A stretch of 64,000 nt of DNA. Source: Octopus sinensis (lineage: Eukaryota). Positions within the stretch are counted from its first letter, which is position 1. Each line of letters begins with the position of its first letter. The notes under the pieces were generated by a model, which was given only the letters and a program-made list of their open reading frames with translations, had not been told where the DNA came from and made no database searches. Shown one piece after another: positions 1 to 12,727 of this stretch. The stretch is from assembly GCF_006345805.1 (NCBI RefSeq), contig NC_043013.1, forward strand, positions 23,188,001 through 23,252,000, written 5' to 3'. Made by a program: the position numbers and the translations under genes.

Positions 1-783
1 TTTGGTTTCCAATTAAGATACAAGTTCAATGCGCTGAATTTAAATGATTCAGTTTGAATTGTCTGGGGAGGTTGAGTGTATCGGGTCGTTTAGAAATCGT
101 TGTTATTGTTGTTTTGCAAGTGAAAATATAAAAATTGTATCCCAAAGAGAAGATAGAAAAGAACTCAATGATTGCTATTAACAACACATTTTCACATTTT
201 CAACCAAAGAACCACCCTCAAGGAGGAAAAAATATTCATCTTTGCTGTGCAGCAACGAAAGTGAAAGTAGAGAAAAAAAATCTCATGGATTTCTCCATCA
301 CTCTACCCTTCAGTGTATTCTTCATTTAACATAGTTGTGTGTGGTTTGAGGGAGATTCGACTGTTGTTTCTTGTAGGTTGAGCACATGCTTAGAAAGGTT
401 TCATGAGTGGTTTAGCTCCAGATCATCTCTGATTGGACACACTTATAATCAAAAACGTCCCAGCTGTGACCATTCCATCTTTTATTGATCTTGTGTGTTT
501 TAAGATTTCATTTTCTAATGTATTTTTCCATTTTTTAATTATCTTTAAGTCAATAGGTAGGGTGTGATTTGAGAGAGATTTGGTTGCTATTTTTTGCAGG
601 ATGAATTATTGAATAGAACCGCCATTGGTTTGTTGAAATTCAGTTATTGTTTCCAGAACCTATTGAAAATGAGGAAACTTTTTTGAGTTTAGTGCTTCAC
701 TTTAACTTTTGTCGTTCAGTGAAAAGTGAAAGGGAAACACTTCAGCCAGCAATTGCCAAAATATCCATTTTGCACTCAGTGAA

Positions 784-1124
784 GGCACATGGCTCAGTGG
801 TTAGAGTATCAGGCTCACAGCCATGAGGTAGTGAGTTTGATTCCTGGGCCGGGCTGTGTGTTGTGTTCTTGAGCAAGATACTTTATTTTCACGTTGCTCC
901 AGTCCTGCCAGCTGTAGAAATGAGTTGCAACATTGCTGGTGCCAAGTTGTATGAGCCTTTGGCTCTCCCTTGGACGACATCGGTGATGTGGAGAGTGAGA
1001 GGAGGCTGGTATGCATGGGCACCTGCTGGTCTTCCATGAAACAATCTTACCTGGACATGTGCCTCGGAGGGGAACTTTCTAGGTGCAATCTCATGGTCAT
1101 TCATGACTGAAGGAGGTCTTTACC
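784..1124 (+). mobile_element. tRNA-derived SINE (head ggctcagtggttagag...gagtttgattcc; body contains ttcttgagcaaga)
   Basis: Pol III A-box/B-box-like head followed by a non-tRNA body. Confidence 0.7.
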
Positions 1125-1807
1125 ATATATTTATATATAAAACCACACACACAAATAATCACATACATGTATACACTTACCAGTTTCACTCCCAAGGTGT
1201 GAGTCAAGCTGCAGATGTAATAGATGAAACCAGCCAACAGCATCCACAAAGTATTGATTCTTGAGCCAATGTGGCCCTTGAAGTGAAATTCTTAATGATA
1301 TGGCTAAGCCCCCACCTGCACACACACACACATGCTCTCTCTCTCTCTCTCTCTCTCTCTCGTCATTGTTGCTTCATTTCTGCTTTCCCTGCTGGTATGG
1401 ATCGGATATGGGTTATTTCTTCTAGAAGGGCTGGAGGACCATATTGTTATTGAAGCAGCAAGTTTTGGCAGGGTTTCTATAGCTGGATGCCCTTTTGTAA
1501 CACTGTCCACTTCACAGAGTGTACACGGTACATTTTATCATGGTAGCAGAATTAGAAAGAAATGCCATGTCTTTGACAAGTCTGTCCTGTACAGGAATAT
1601 ATTCTTTACTGTCCTAAATATATCTAATGTACCACTTTTTTCCATTCTTTTTCTTTCGGCCACTCACTTTCTTTTAATCAGATAATAATATTATAGATAA
1701 TGAATAAAAAAAAAAAGTAAAGACCAAAATTGTGTCAGATCTCTCTCTCTCTCTCTCGTAAACCTGTTTGTAAGTATATGAACAAGTTTATTGTAGTTTC
1801 TTGTGTG

Positions 1808-1854
<47 letters not shown>

Positions 1855-4281
1855 TACTGTGTTCATAAGTGTTCCTGGTTACTAATGGATTATCTGTTTG
1901 TGGGAAAGTTAGACCAGTAGCAAGAAAAATGTGTGGAGTTTCCCAATTGCTCTTTCTCCCCAAATCCACTCTTTAAACCTCGTAAAAGTTTTGCCTCTAA
2001 TTTATTGACCCTGTTGTGGTACTCATTATAAAATCGCCCTTTCTTTCTTTCTCTCTCGCTCTCTTCTGCCCTCAAACACATGCAAGCTCACTATGTCTGT
2101 CTGTCTGCTTTTGTTTGTCTCTTCTGTCTTTCAACCTACATTCAACTGTGTTTGTTTGTACACGACCTGTTGCTCAAATAATGACAAGGAAATAAAACCA
2201 AATGTGTAATTTCGGCTATAAGTACTGTAAACTCTTAAGTGGTCCATAAACCGTTTTGATAATGCTGATAGCAGACTCGGCTGATTTCCACAGCAGAGCA
2301 GATAACAGGATTCAGGCGCTGATTTTGCTTCTGTTTATTTCTGGTTTTTAAGTTCAAAGATTACTGTTGCTTTTTTAGGCTCGTCATCGTCTTTGAGATG
2401 GTTTAGCTCCTGGAAAATCTTGACTGAGCAGACTTTTGACCAAAAGCATTCTAGGTTATCTTCTTTAAAGACAGTAAGATGTGACTTCAAAGAATTTGGC
2501 TGCTGTCTCTAGCCATTTGAGTGACTTTGTTGGGGCTTCCTTGTCATCTTTGCTGATTATGGGTTTCTTTTTTTTTTCCTTGATTTCCTTCTAATTTCAT
2601 TTATGCTGTGTCTCTTTCAACATAGTTCCAGTAATTTTCATTGAGTTTCACATAATGGTAATTTGTGTCCTGTCCAGATGGGTTATATCTGTGCTGTGTC
2701 CATTTCAGCATAGTGGTCACCTATATTGTGTCTCATTCGATCCACCGGTGGCCTCTCTCATGTCTCTTACAACAGTAATTTCTATCAGGTCTCCTTTGAT
2801 TGAATTGTAAAACAAAGCTACAGCAAAGTGCCCCTGTCACGGTTCACACTCATACAACACAACAAATTCAACACTATAAAAGCTGAAAAGTCATTATGTA
2901 TTGTTTACAACTATGGATTGTACCTACTTATGGTGCTTATTGCAAGTAGATGGAATGTGTCAAATATTTTAGCCATTCGAATGTTATATCCACTTGTAAC
3001 AGGATAGAAAGCATAAATTCTTCAGCCAGAAGTTGTTACATTTCAGTGCTTTTTCTGTAGGAAAAAAAAAACACTTGTTCTATAAACTGAAATATCGTCT
3101 GGAGACTTAAGTTGATGTTCTTTCACACTTTACCATAATTTTGTAGCTATTGTTATTAGTATTAATTCTGCCGATTCTGCCTTTGTTATCATTTCATGTT
3201 TGTCCACTACCTGCCTGTTTTATACTTCTTGAACCTGGATTGCAGACAGGTAACAATCATGTTGTCATCTTTTGTACCTGTTGGTGCCATTAATTGTGTA
3301 TGTTTCTTTTCTTAAGAATTGTTCTATTTTCTGTTTTTGCTGTGTGGTTTTAGTGTTGCTTTTCTTGGAAGGATACCATCCGTTTTTATTCCATGTTTCT
3401 TCACAAATTCTTTAAAGTCTGTCCTTTCTGTCTTGGTTACAAACTTTAGATAAATTTCTCCTTTCTGCTGCCATTTTATGATTATTTTCCTCATCTCATC
3501 TGTTTCCATACCGTCTGGCTTGTTAGTTTGTTCAGTGTCTGTTTTTCTTTCTTTTATTTTTTTTTCATGCAGGCATGGGTGGAGTGAGACTTTGTGAGGC
3601 AGCATGACTGTGCCTTCTGTTTATGTTTCGATAAATTTATGTCTGTACAGAAATACTTGAAACAATGAGCCAGAGTTTACATCATTTACTCACTCTGCTG
3701 CTGTCTTGACTTTCTCATCTGCTGTTGCGGCTGTACAAGCGGGAAAATTGAAGCAGTGGCAAAGCAAATCGTCAGCTTCAAAAAAATATTTATTTACAAT
3801 GAGATGGAGAGATTCAGAGATACAGATTCTTCTTAATGCCGTTTCAAACAACTGCAAAAAAAGAAGAAAAAAAATCAATTGTGTATCTTAAAAAAAAAAC
3901 ATTTTAGGATTTTATTTTTAAAATGATTCATCTGTTGGCAGGTTTTTAGATCATATTTCAAATGGGAAGCGAAGAGATGAAATCTTCGATTTCCTACCAA
4001 ACAACTCTTAAGCTATGACTAATCACCAGTCTCCCCATCATCTACATAACATCTCTATTTTCTCACTCTTTGTTGGTGATTGAGTAATACCAGTTGCATA
4101 CACACACACACACACTACACAGTTTGTTGGTGCTTGTTGCTTGTTTTAAAGCCTTTTCATTTCCATCATATTTCCTCTCTCTCTGTCTCTCACTGTTTAT
4201 ACATGTATATCTTATAGTTTGTGTGTGTGTGTGTGTGAGTGATCATCATATGTATGCATATCAATATATTTGTCTATTTGA

Positions 4282-4510
4282 GGCGGCGAGCTGGCAGAAA
4301 CGTTAGCGCTCCGGGCGAAATGCTTAGCGGTATTTCGTCTGTCGTTACGTTCTGAGTTCAAATTCCCCCGAGGTCGACTTTGCCTTTCATCCTCTCGGGG
4401 TCGATAAATAAAGTACCAGTTACGCACTGGGTCGATGTAATCGACTTAATCCCTTTGTCTGTCCTTGTTTGTCTCCTCTATGTTTAGCCCCTTGTGGGTA
4501 GTAAAGAAAT
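4282..4510 (+). mobile_element. SINE family A (ggcggcgagctggcagaaacgttagc...gtagtaaagaaat), full length, with 17-bp TSD
   Basis: Near-identical copies at 35875, 38240 and 51045; B-box-like gagttcaaattc; TSD atatatttgtctatttg at 4264-4280 and 4511-4527. Confidence 0.9.
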
Positions 4511-4815
4511 ATATATTTGTCTATTTGTCTCTATATATCTTGATGTCCGACTCTCTCTTGTATGTATGTGTGTGTATGTATATATATATATATATATATA
4601 TATTTAATTTGAAATTTATAGAAAAACAAAAGACGAAGACAGGTGTATGAACAACAAGCAAGTGGATTAGTTTAACGCTCGGGAAAATGAAAAATGTCTT
4701 TTATATTTTGAGCCTACAATCTTCAACAGAAAGGGACAAGAGAAAATAAACAGAGAGAATGAAAACAAACTTGTGGATTTCAGCTGTCCAGCATGGCAAT
4801 ATATATATATATATA

Positions 4816-6039
4816 CCATCATCATCGTTTAATGTCTGTTTTCCATGCTGGCATGGGTTGGATGGTTTGACTGACGTCTGGAGACCCAGCGGCTGCTCCA
4901 GGCTCCACTCTGATCTGACAATGTTTCTACAGCTGGATGCACTTCCTAATGCCAACCACTCTGAGAGTGTAGTGGGTGCTTTTTATGTGCCACTGGCACG
5001 GGAGCCAGTCAGTGGGTACTGGTATCGGCCACATTTGAATGGTGCTTTTTATGTGCCACCGGAATGGGAGCCAGTTGGGGGTACTGTCCACAGCTATGAT
5101 TTTGGTTTTACTTGACTCAACAGGTCTTCTGAAGCATATCATACTGCCCGATGAATCAAAGGTACTCTTAAATGGGCCTGGACATGCAACACTGGCATCG
5201 GCCATGGCTGCGATCTCACTTTAGTTGCCAGCTCTTCTCAATCACAGCATAACTCCAAAGGTCTTGGTCTCTTGTCATTGCTTCTGTTTTCCATGTTTTC
5301 CTGGGGCTACTTCTTCCACAGGTTCCCTCAACCGCTAGGGTGTGGCACTTCCTCACACAGCTGTCCTCATCCATATGTAACACATGACCATACCAGTGCA
5401 GTCGTCTCTCTTGCACATCACATCTGATGCTTCTTAGGTCCAACTTTTCTCTCAAAGCGCTCACATTCTGTTGTGTTTGCATACTGACATTACACATCCA
5501 GTGGATCATGCTAGCTTTGTTTCTTTCAAGCCTATGCATGTTCTCAGCAGTCACAGCCCATGTTTCACTGCCATATAGCAGGGCAGTTGCCACACATGCA
5601 TCATACAGTCTACCTTTCATCCTGAGCGAGAGGCCCTCGGTTGCCAGTAGAAGTAGGAGCTCCCTGAATTTTTGCCCAGGCTATTCTTATTATAGCCGTT
5701 ACACTCTCAGAGTAACTACCCCCACTACAGACTTAGTTGCCTAGGTAGCGGAAGCTATCAACTACTTCTAGTTTTTTTCCCCAGGTATGTGATGGAATCT
5801 GTTTTCTGTACACCTTCAGTGTTTATTGCCCCTGTGCATCTGCCACACACAAAAACTATCTTCTCGGTTAACCTTCCTTAGATATTGCTGCACCTTTTAT
5901 GTGTCCATATCTTACACCGGGTACATCGTATGGAGTTTCTACCCATACTTTTTCTACAGATTGAGCAGGGCCATCTACCTGAAGAGACTTATAATTTGTC
6001 TGCCTTCCTACTTACTAAGACTTTGGTTTTTGCTAAGGC

Positions 6040-6042
<3 letters not shown>
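4816..6042 (-). mobile_element. 5'-truncated RTE-clade LINE (RT C-terminus, 3' UTR, (GAT)n tail)
   Basis: ORF 5216..5620: KGRLYDACVATALLYGSETW...RRLHWYGHVLHMDEDSCVRKC; homologous to 26580-27765 in the opposite orientation. Confidence 0.92.
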
Positions 6043-6074
<32 letters not shown>

Positions 6075-6075
<1 letters not shown>

Positions 6076-7266
6076 TAGCTGTAGTACCTGGCATTGCACG
6101 GGTCTTAATAAATTACCATTCGACTGTGGAAAGATGAGGTCTTACACATGAGAAAATTTTTGAGGTGTACCTCGGCTACCACATTCATGCAATGCTCTTC
6201 TGATTTCAACACATTAATCCTCAGCCCAGCGCAGATTAGAACCACACACTTGTGGAGTGCTTTTAAGGCCCATTGTGAGGCCAACAGTTTAGAAACACCT
6301 TTCCTAAGGGCTCACTTTCTGGCATCACTCTGAAGGCGATTATCATGGTCTTGTAACATTTGGGAAGATCAAGCAGCAGCAGTGTATGCAGCATCCATTG
6401 TCCGATGTCTGTGGCACAGTTCCTCATTCTCCTTGGCACGTGTGGCTGAAGTGCATGCGGCACCAGCGGCTTGGCAACGTTTCCTGTGAGGACTCGTTTC
6501 AGAAGCTCTTGCAGCAGCTGTAGATGTGGCATTAGCAGATCAGCGGCCTCCTCGTTGGTTCTCTGTCTCTGAAGCTCAAGCAGCTGCCATTGAAGAAGCA
6601 TTCACATTTTGACGAGTCCTACATTGGTTGCAGATAAGATGGCAATAGTGGTCAGGCGAGGGTTTCACTGGTCGTCTGTTTCGAGAGCTCTTCTGGTGGC
6701 TGCACATTCAACAGCTTGTGATCAACAGATGGTAGTCTCCAACGACGATTCTGAAGCCCCATTTCATCTTGATTCTTCTGCTTTAGCAGTATTTCGGCCA
6801 ATGGTGAACCTCTTTTGTCATGGCATGTCAGAAGGATAAAAGCAAGTGGCTGACAGGATATGTAAGTTTTTATGAAATAGGTATGCAGGTATGAAGCCAT
6901 AAGCACGTCTTAATGGAGAGATATCCATAAGGTGATTTAGTAGCTCTACGGTAAGCTGTGTTGCAATGCGAGTCTGCAACGAATCAAATCCCTTCTCAAA
7001 GGGGCAATTAACATGTTTTCCACTATCCGCATTCGTAAGCGGATGTCAATCATAGTTTGTTCTACGCTGAAATAAATATGTGAATGTGAATTATCAACAG
7101 ATAATGTCTGGCAGCTGTACCGTGAAGCCTGGGATAACATTGCTTATCGATTCGTGAGGTAGAGGTGTTTGTCGAAAGTCCGTCTGCCTATTTTTCTCAA
7201 TGAGAGGTGGTACTTTATGAATGTGTTCCAACGGCGTGAGGTGAAATGGCAAGGAACAACAGTAGA
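6075..7266 (-). mobile_element. Non-autonomous Helitron derivative retaining a decayed RepHel N-terminus
   Basis: Minus strand begins A/TCTACT at 7266; a GC hairpin and degenerate CTAG lie near 6075-6103; the decayed frame from ATG 6826 reads MP(R)QKRFTIGRNTAKA followed by R-A-x-E-T-x-x-Q-R-type repeats. Confidence 0.7.
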
Positions 7267-7299
7267 TGTAATAACAATATGTAAATTGGTTTTATTAAT

Positions 7300-8790
7300 G
7301 TAATCACCTTAAAGATGGGATGATTTGTGCATGAGGAAGATGGAGTGTTGAGGAGAAGGAGTAGGAGGAGAATAACTGTTTGGGAGGAAAATCTCCTTTC
7401 ATTAAGACTTCAAGAAGAACAATTTCTGGCATTTTCTCTCTCACTTTGCTTAATTTAGGCTTTTTGGACACACCTTCTTCACTTTTCACACTTGCAGATC
7501 GTTTCATTACAAAAACATCAAGAGAAGTCTGCTTTTCCTTGCCTTTCAAAATGTGTCAGAAAATGCACCAGAGCAGTGTCATTAAACAAAACAGCTGCTG
7601 CACAAGCTGTCGATACTTCTTCAGGATGTTTTCTTTTTTTCTTCTACAAATTCAGAAATATTCTGCCACTTTGCCAACCCTACCTTTATGTCACTTGTAG
7701 AGATCACCTTCTCCACTACTCTGTCCTCCACTGGGGAACCTCTCTCTCTTCCACTGCATCCAAATGCTGCTGCTCCTGAAGCTGCAAGAGTTCATCTGTC
7801 GTCAGCTCCTCTGAGTGTTCCTTGATGAGATTGTTCAATGTCCCCATCATCAACCTAGAGACCCATGACCAAGAGACACGATCTCCTTGACTACAGGAGC
7901 CTCAGACTCAAATCCTTTGAAGTCTCTTTCAGATACGCAGCCAGGCCAGTTTCTTCCATCCAGAATTCAGGGTTCTCCTCATGACACCCTGCCATGTCAT
8001 ATCAATGATTTTCAGGAAGTTAAGAATGTTCCAAAACTCATGAGGGGTTAGATTTGGATTTTCAGTGACTTCAAAGCACTGATGAAACAGGTGCTTGGTG
8101 TACAATTTCTTAAAACTAGAAATCCCCTGTTGGTCCATGGGCTGCAGGATAGGGGTGGTGTTGTGAAATGTTCAGAACTGTTATGAATTTAAATTCATCC
8201 AGGATATCTTTGAGGTTAGAAGGGTGAGCAGGAGCATTGTTGAGGATGTGGAGGGCCTTGAAAGGAAGATCATTCTCCAGAAGGTACTTTTTCACTGCCA
8301 GTTCGAAGACAAGGTCAACCCACTAGGTGAAGAATTGCCTGGTGACCCAGGCTTTAACGTTTGCCCTCCATATGACCTGCAGCTTCTCCTTCAGGATTTT
8401 GTGTGACTTGAGTGCTTGTGTGCTTTCGGAATGGTAGACAAGGCGCAGTCTCCACTTGCATTGGTACAAAGAGTGAGAGTTAGCCTATCTTTCATAGGTT
8501 TGTGGCCTGGCATTTTCTTCTCTTCTGCAGTTATGTAGGTTCTTCTGGGCATTTTTTCTCCCCAAGAAAGGGCGGTTTCATCACAGTTGAATACCTGTTT
8601 TACAATGTACCCCTTGGCTGCGATGAGCTGACGGAATCCACGCATAAAATCCTCAGCTGCCTTTGTGTCAGAACTTGTTGCTTCTCTGTATCTGATGATA
8701 TTATGAACACCAGTCCTCTTCTTGATATTATCAAATTAGCTGTGACTGGTCTTAAATGCATCTGCTGATGTTCTCTCCGTCAGTATTCCA
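7300..8790 (-). mobile_element. Tigger/pogo-family transposase pseudogene (Tigger1/TIGD1-like)
   Basis: FDNIKKRTGVHNIIRYREATSSDTKAAEDF; QVFNCDETAL..KMPRRTYITAEEKKMPGHKPMKDRLTL; QGISSFKKLYTKHLFHQCFEVT; KQTSLDVF. Frameshifted; TIRs not identified. Confidence 0.9.
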
Positions 8791-9084
8791 TTTTACCTAA
8801 GGTTATGTATTGTTATTGTTGCTCTCATTGTCACCATAGCTGTCTTTCAGCACTTAAATAATTCCCAAGCTAAATGACTTTGGAAGACAAACTATTGACT
8901 GCTGCTGCTACTACTACTACTACTACAGTAATTAATATAACTGGAAGGAAATTGCCAACTTTACATTAATTATATATTAGAGATGGGGAGTATATACTTG
9001 TTCTGAACACATTTAACCATTTCACCTGTAAAGTAGAGAAAAAAAAAGAATGTGGTGAACAATCAAGTCAGGAATTACTAATTC

Positions 9085-9392
9085 ATCATCATCATTGTTT
9101 AACGTCTGTTTTCCATGCCGGCATGGGTTGGACAGTGTGACTGAGGTCTGCAGAGCCAGGAGGCTGCACTAGGCTCCAATCTGATCTGGCAGAGTTTCTA
9201 CAGCTGGATGCCCTTCCTAACACCAACCACTCCAAGAGTGTAGTGGGTGCTTTCAAGTGCCACTGGTACAGGAGCCAGCCAGTCAGGCGGGCCTGGCATC
9301 GACTGGATAGTGCTTTTTATGTGCCACTGGCACGGGGGCCAGTAAGGGGTTACTGGCATTGGCCATGTTTGGATGGTGCTTTTTACGTGCAT
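9085..9392 (-). mobile_element. RTE LINE 3'-UTR fragment
   Basis: Same 3' UTR and (GAT)n tail as 27500-27765, inverted. Confidence 0.85.
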
Positions 9393-9699
9393 AAAAATTT
9401 GCCTCTTTCATGTGTTTGTGTGTTGGGACTGTATTTAACTTTCTTTGATGCTGTGTTTAGAGTGTGGAATGTAGTGTAGTTGTAAGGGATTTGGCATCAG
9501 TCGAAAGCGTGAAACACTGCATCACTAAGTGATCATGGATAATGCACCATTTCTTTCAGCCTTTTCTGATATGGCAAATGCTAAGGTTCCATGTGAGTCA
9601 GGTCATGTGGTGGTGGTGGGGGGGCATGTGTAGTTTCAGTATTTTTGTAGCATTCACTATTTGTTGGTATATTCCCAAATCCTGAGCGACCCTTTGAGA

Positions 9700-10080
9700 A
9701 GAGTCCCAGTCAGTCCCTCTCTCCACAAGATACCTCCTCATCTGCTATGACCACGAGGCATGTGGTCAACCAACATGAGCCATCAACCTAGTTGGATCCT
9801 CAGTGAATAGAATGGGGTAAGCAGGGTCTAACTTAGAAAATTGAGCAACATGGCCAAACTGCCTGAGCTGGTGTTTCTGAATCGCACAAATAAGAGGATG
9901 CATTTCAGTTTCTGAGTAGAGTCGTTGGTTGGATACAAAATCTGACCAATGGTAACCCATAACCTTTCGAAGTATCCTGGTGCCAAGGAGTTTGGGTGGT
10001 TCCTAAGGGCCCCAGGAAGTGTTCAGGTCTCACCACTATAGAATAGGATAAGGAGGATTTCAGTGTTCGCCGTGTTCAGA
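9700..10080 (-). mobile_element. Degenerate RTE-type LINE RT C-terminal fragment (second lineage)
   Basis: LFYSGET*TL...RILRKVMGYHWSDFVSNQRLY...QLRQFGHVAQFSKLDPAYPIL. Confidence 0.75.
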
Positions 10081-11007
10081 TTTCATGACCAAAGGCATTC
10101 TCTAAGTGCACACATGCACACCAACATATGCTTGGAGTAGCAGAGGTCAGTGAACCATTTGAGACCTTTGATGTTTGAATTATTAATTATACTAACAGAA
10201 AGACTTTGCTGTGTGTGTGTCAGAGAGAGTGAGAGAGAGTTGGGGGAGAGAACATTGCAACCAATGAATGAAATAAACATGAAATGGAAAAAATCATATA
10301 AATAAAGGTTCATTAAAAACTATCTTGTACCGAATTTTTAAATTTGTGAACTTGGTATATTTAATAATATAAGGAAGTTGAGAAAGTAAATTTCCCTGAA
10401 AACTTCAATTTATAAAAAAAACTCAGTAAATATTTCTTTCAGTAATTTATCGGAGTTGTTATACATCTCTAATTTAAACAAACTTTAGTGTGCTAGAAAC
10501 AGCAACGATCACAGTTATTATTGTAAGGCTTATAGCATTCCAAACAGCCATGCCATTGAAATGAAAAAGTCTGTAAATGAAGCATGGCTAGGATGTTTGC
10601 AATATAAGTAGTGATGGTGGTGGTGGAATAGTAACTGCTGTGGGAGGGAGGGAAGGTTTATAGTACAGTTTACTTGCAACTCTGATAACCCACCTCTATT
10701 TTTTTTTTCTAAACTGATATTAGAAACAAAACTAGGTGTGGGGAGGTGGTGTTACAAGACAGCTTCTTTTCCTCTCTCAAAAGAAAAGCCATAGTGAACA
10801 TCTGTAAATAGACATACAAGTGTAACACTCATAAGTTGCCTGTTTGTTTTTTTTTATTTATTTATTTATTAGCAGAAATGGTCCACATTTTTTTACTGAG
10901 AACTTTGAAGACTTCTGATTTCCTTTTCTTTTTGATTGAATGACTCTCCTTCGTTCCATCAGTATATGCTTTTTTTTTTTTTTTGCAAAAGGTTGGGTGT
11001 TGTTTAA

Positions 11008-11227
11008 CCCTTTAGTGTTCACATTATTCTGCCAAAATAATGCTTTTTTATCCACATTGTTTTGAACTAATCAGGTATTATCTTGTAGCTATGAGATTTT
11101 GATGAGGTAGCTGTTAATTTTTAAGATGATATTGTAGGGTTGGTGTGAGAGAACAGATATGGCCAGTCTGAACATAAAACAGGCAGAATACTTTTGGCCG
11201 GATATGGCCGGTTTAAATGCTAAAGGG
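11008..11227. mobile_element. piggyBac-type MITE (220 bp, TTAA TSD)
   Basis: TTAA-CCCTTTAG...CTAAAGGG-TTAA; homologous copies at 19888-20107 and 32048-32268. Confidence 0.9.
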
Positions 11228-12727
11228 TTAAGTGATATTTGGCTGCTATTTTTTGCAGTGTTGTGGATTGATAATATTTATGCCTTTTGCTAGGAAAGCA
11301 AATCTAAGGCAACTGGAATCAAATGTCTTTGGCAGGGACTGGTCCTTGTAGAGAGCTAATTTCTTCCCTGTAGTCAATGACCCCATCATTCTCTATTCAA
11401 ATACTGTTGGACCCTGCTCTTACCTTGTTCTTTGGAATGTAAAACTGCAATGCAGTTGGCATTTTTTATTGGAACCAAGTTTGCTTCGCTTTTATTTCTA
11501 ATTTTGTGAATGAAGGAATGAATATCATACAATCTGGTTTCCCTTCTTCTTCCTCTCTCAAACTTGTAGCCTTGTAATAGTCTCTACTTCGCCCCCCCCC
11601 TCTCTGCTGCTTTTCTTCTCTACCTTACAATGACGAAAGCTGCTTGTGTTTTAAATCTGTCTTTGTAAAAGTATTTTAGCTGCTTTTTATTCATTTGCCT
11701 TTCATTCAGTTTTTTTTCTTCTTTTTTTTTGTTGTTGTTGTTGTCATTTTACTTCACTTACAATTAATTAGCTTTGATTGTGCTGTTTTAATTACCTTCT
11801 TATTCTTTTTAACAGTGAGCAAAAAAAAGAAAAAAATAGCTATAGAGCAATTTTTTTCTTTTTTATGTCTCCCATCTGTGCTGCCAGCAAAAGCTGTTCT
11901 GTTGAGTGAAGAACTTCTTTGTTTAGTTGCAGTAAGTTCTCTGTACAATGAGGTTGTGATTTAGTATCAGTTCTTGACTTCTGCATTTGAAGTCAACAGC
12001 ACTAACCACCAATTGATGGATACTACTGGTTAGAAATAGGAGAGCAGGCTCATCTTTTACAGCCATGTGGTTCTTGCTCTGATCTCACTCTGTTATTGTT
12101 TAATGTCTTAGAATTGGGGACTGAAAGCTGTGTGGAAACCCCAGGTTGCACATATGTGTGTGTGTGTATCTTTCGCTAAGTGTTATCATTGAAAGATGTG
12201 CATATTGGCAAAAAACAGAAGAATTAGGGCTTTTGAATAAAGAATACTCTGTATGAAATATATTCCAAGTTGCACATATCCTTTGTCACTGTTGCCATCA
12301 GAAATACAGAAAATCCATGATTGATTGGATGGAAGCCTGCAGTCATCAGATGTAAAATAAATGAAGAATAAAATACTTGACCTTTGGTTCCAGGTTGTGT
12401 GGTACATGATTTCTTGTATTCTATTGAAGGTTAGTGGTAGGGGTAAAAGTGACATTTTCGGGGAGAATCTGGGTGTCAACAAAGATTAGTTGAACAGTCT
12501 ATTTCGGAGAACTTTTGACTGAGAGAGGGTTGTTGCCCTTGGGGGTTGGAATAATTCTGGATCTGTGGAATTCCATGGACAGTTTTTTTTTTGTAATGTT
12601 TTTTTCTTAATTTTTTTTTTACACAATTTATGTACCCCCACCAAACATTGTGTTGTATACTGTCCTCTGTAATTTTCTCTTTGTCTTTGAGTCTTTTCTG
12701 GCTAATAAAGGAATTATTTTTATTATT

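Noticed and set aside
784-860. tRNA genes (also at the heads of the SINEs at 4282, 18127 and 46466)
   Set aside because: A/B-box-like heads run into SINE bodies, and no complete cloverleaf or acceptor stem is evident.
3640-3891. Possible upstream exon or conserved element
   Set aside because: Short ORFs on both strands without recognisable homology and no clear donor. It cannot be supported without RNA data.
4759-5115. Recurrent small ORFs containing [12 protein letters not shown] (also 34549, 44501, 48959, 54910, 63523)
   Set aside because: They look like a multi-copy peptide family but are antisense translations of the non-coding RTE 3' UTR, with inconsistent starts, stops and frames.
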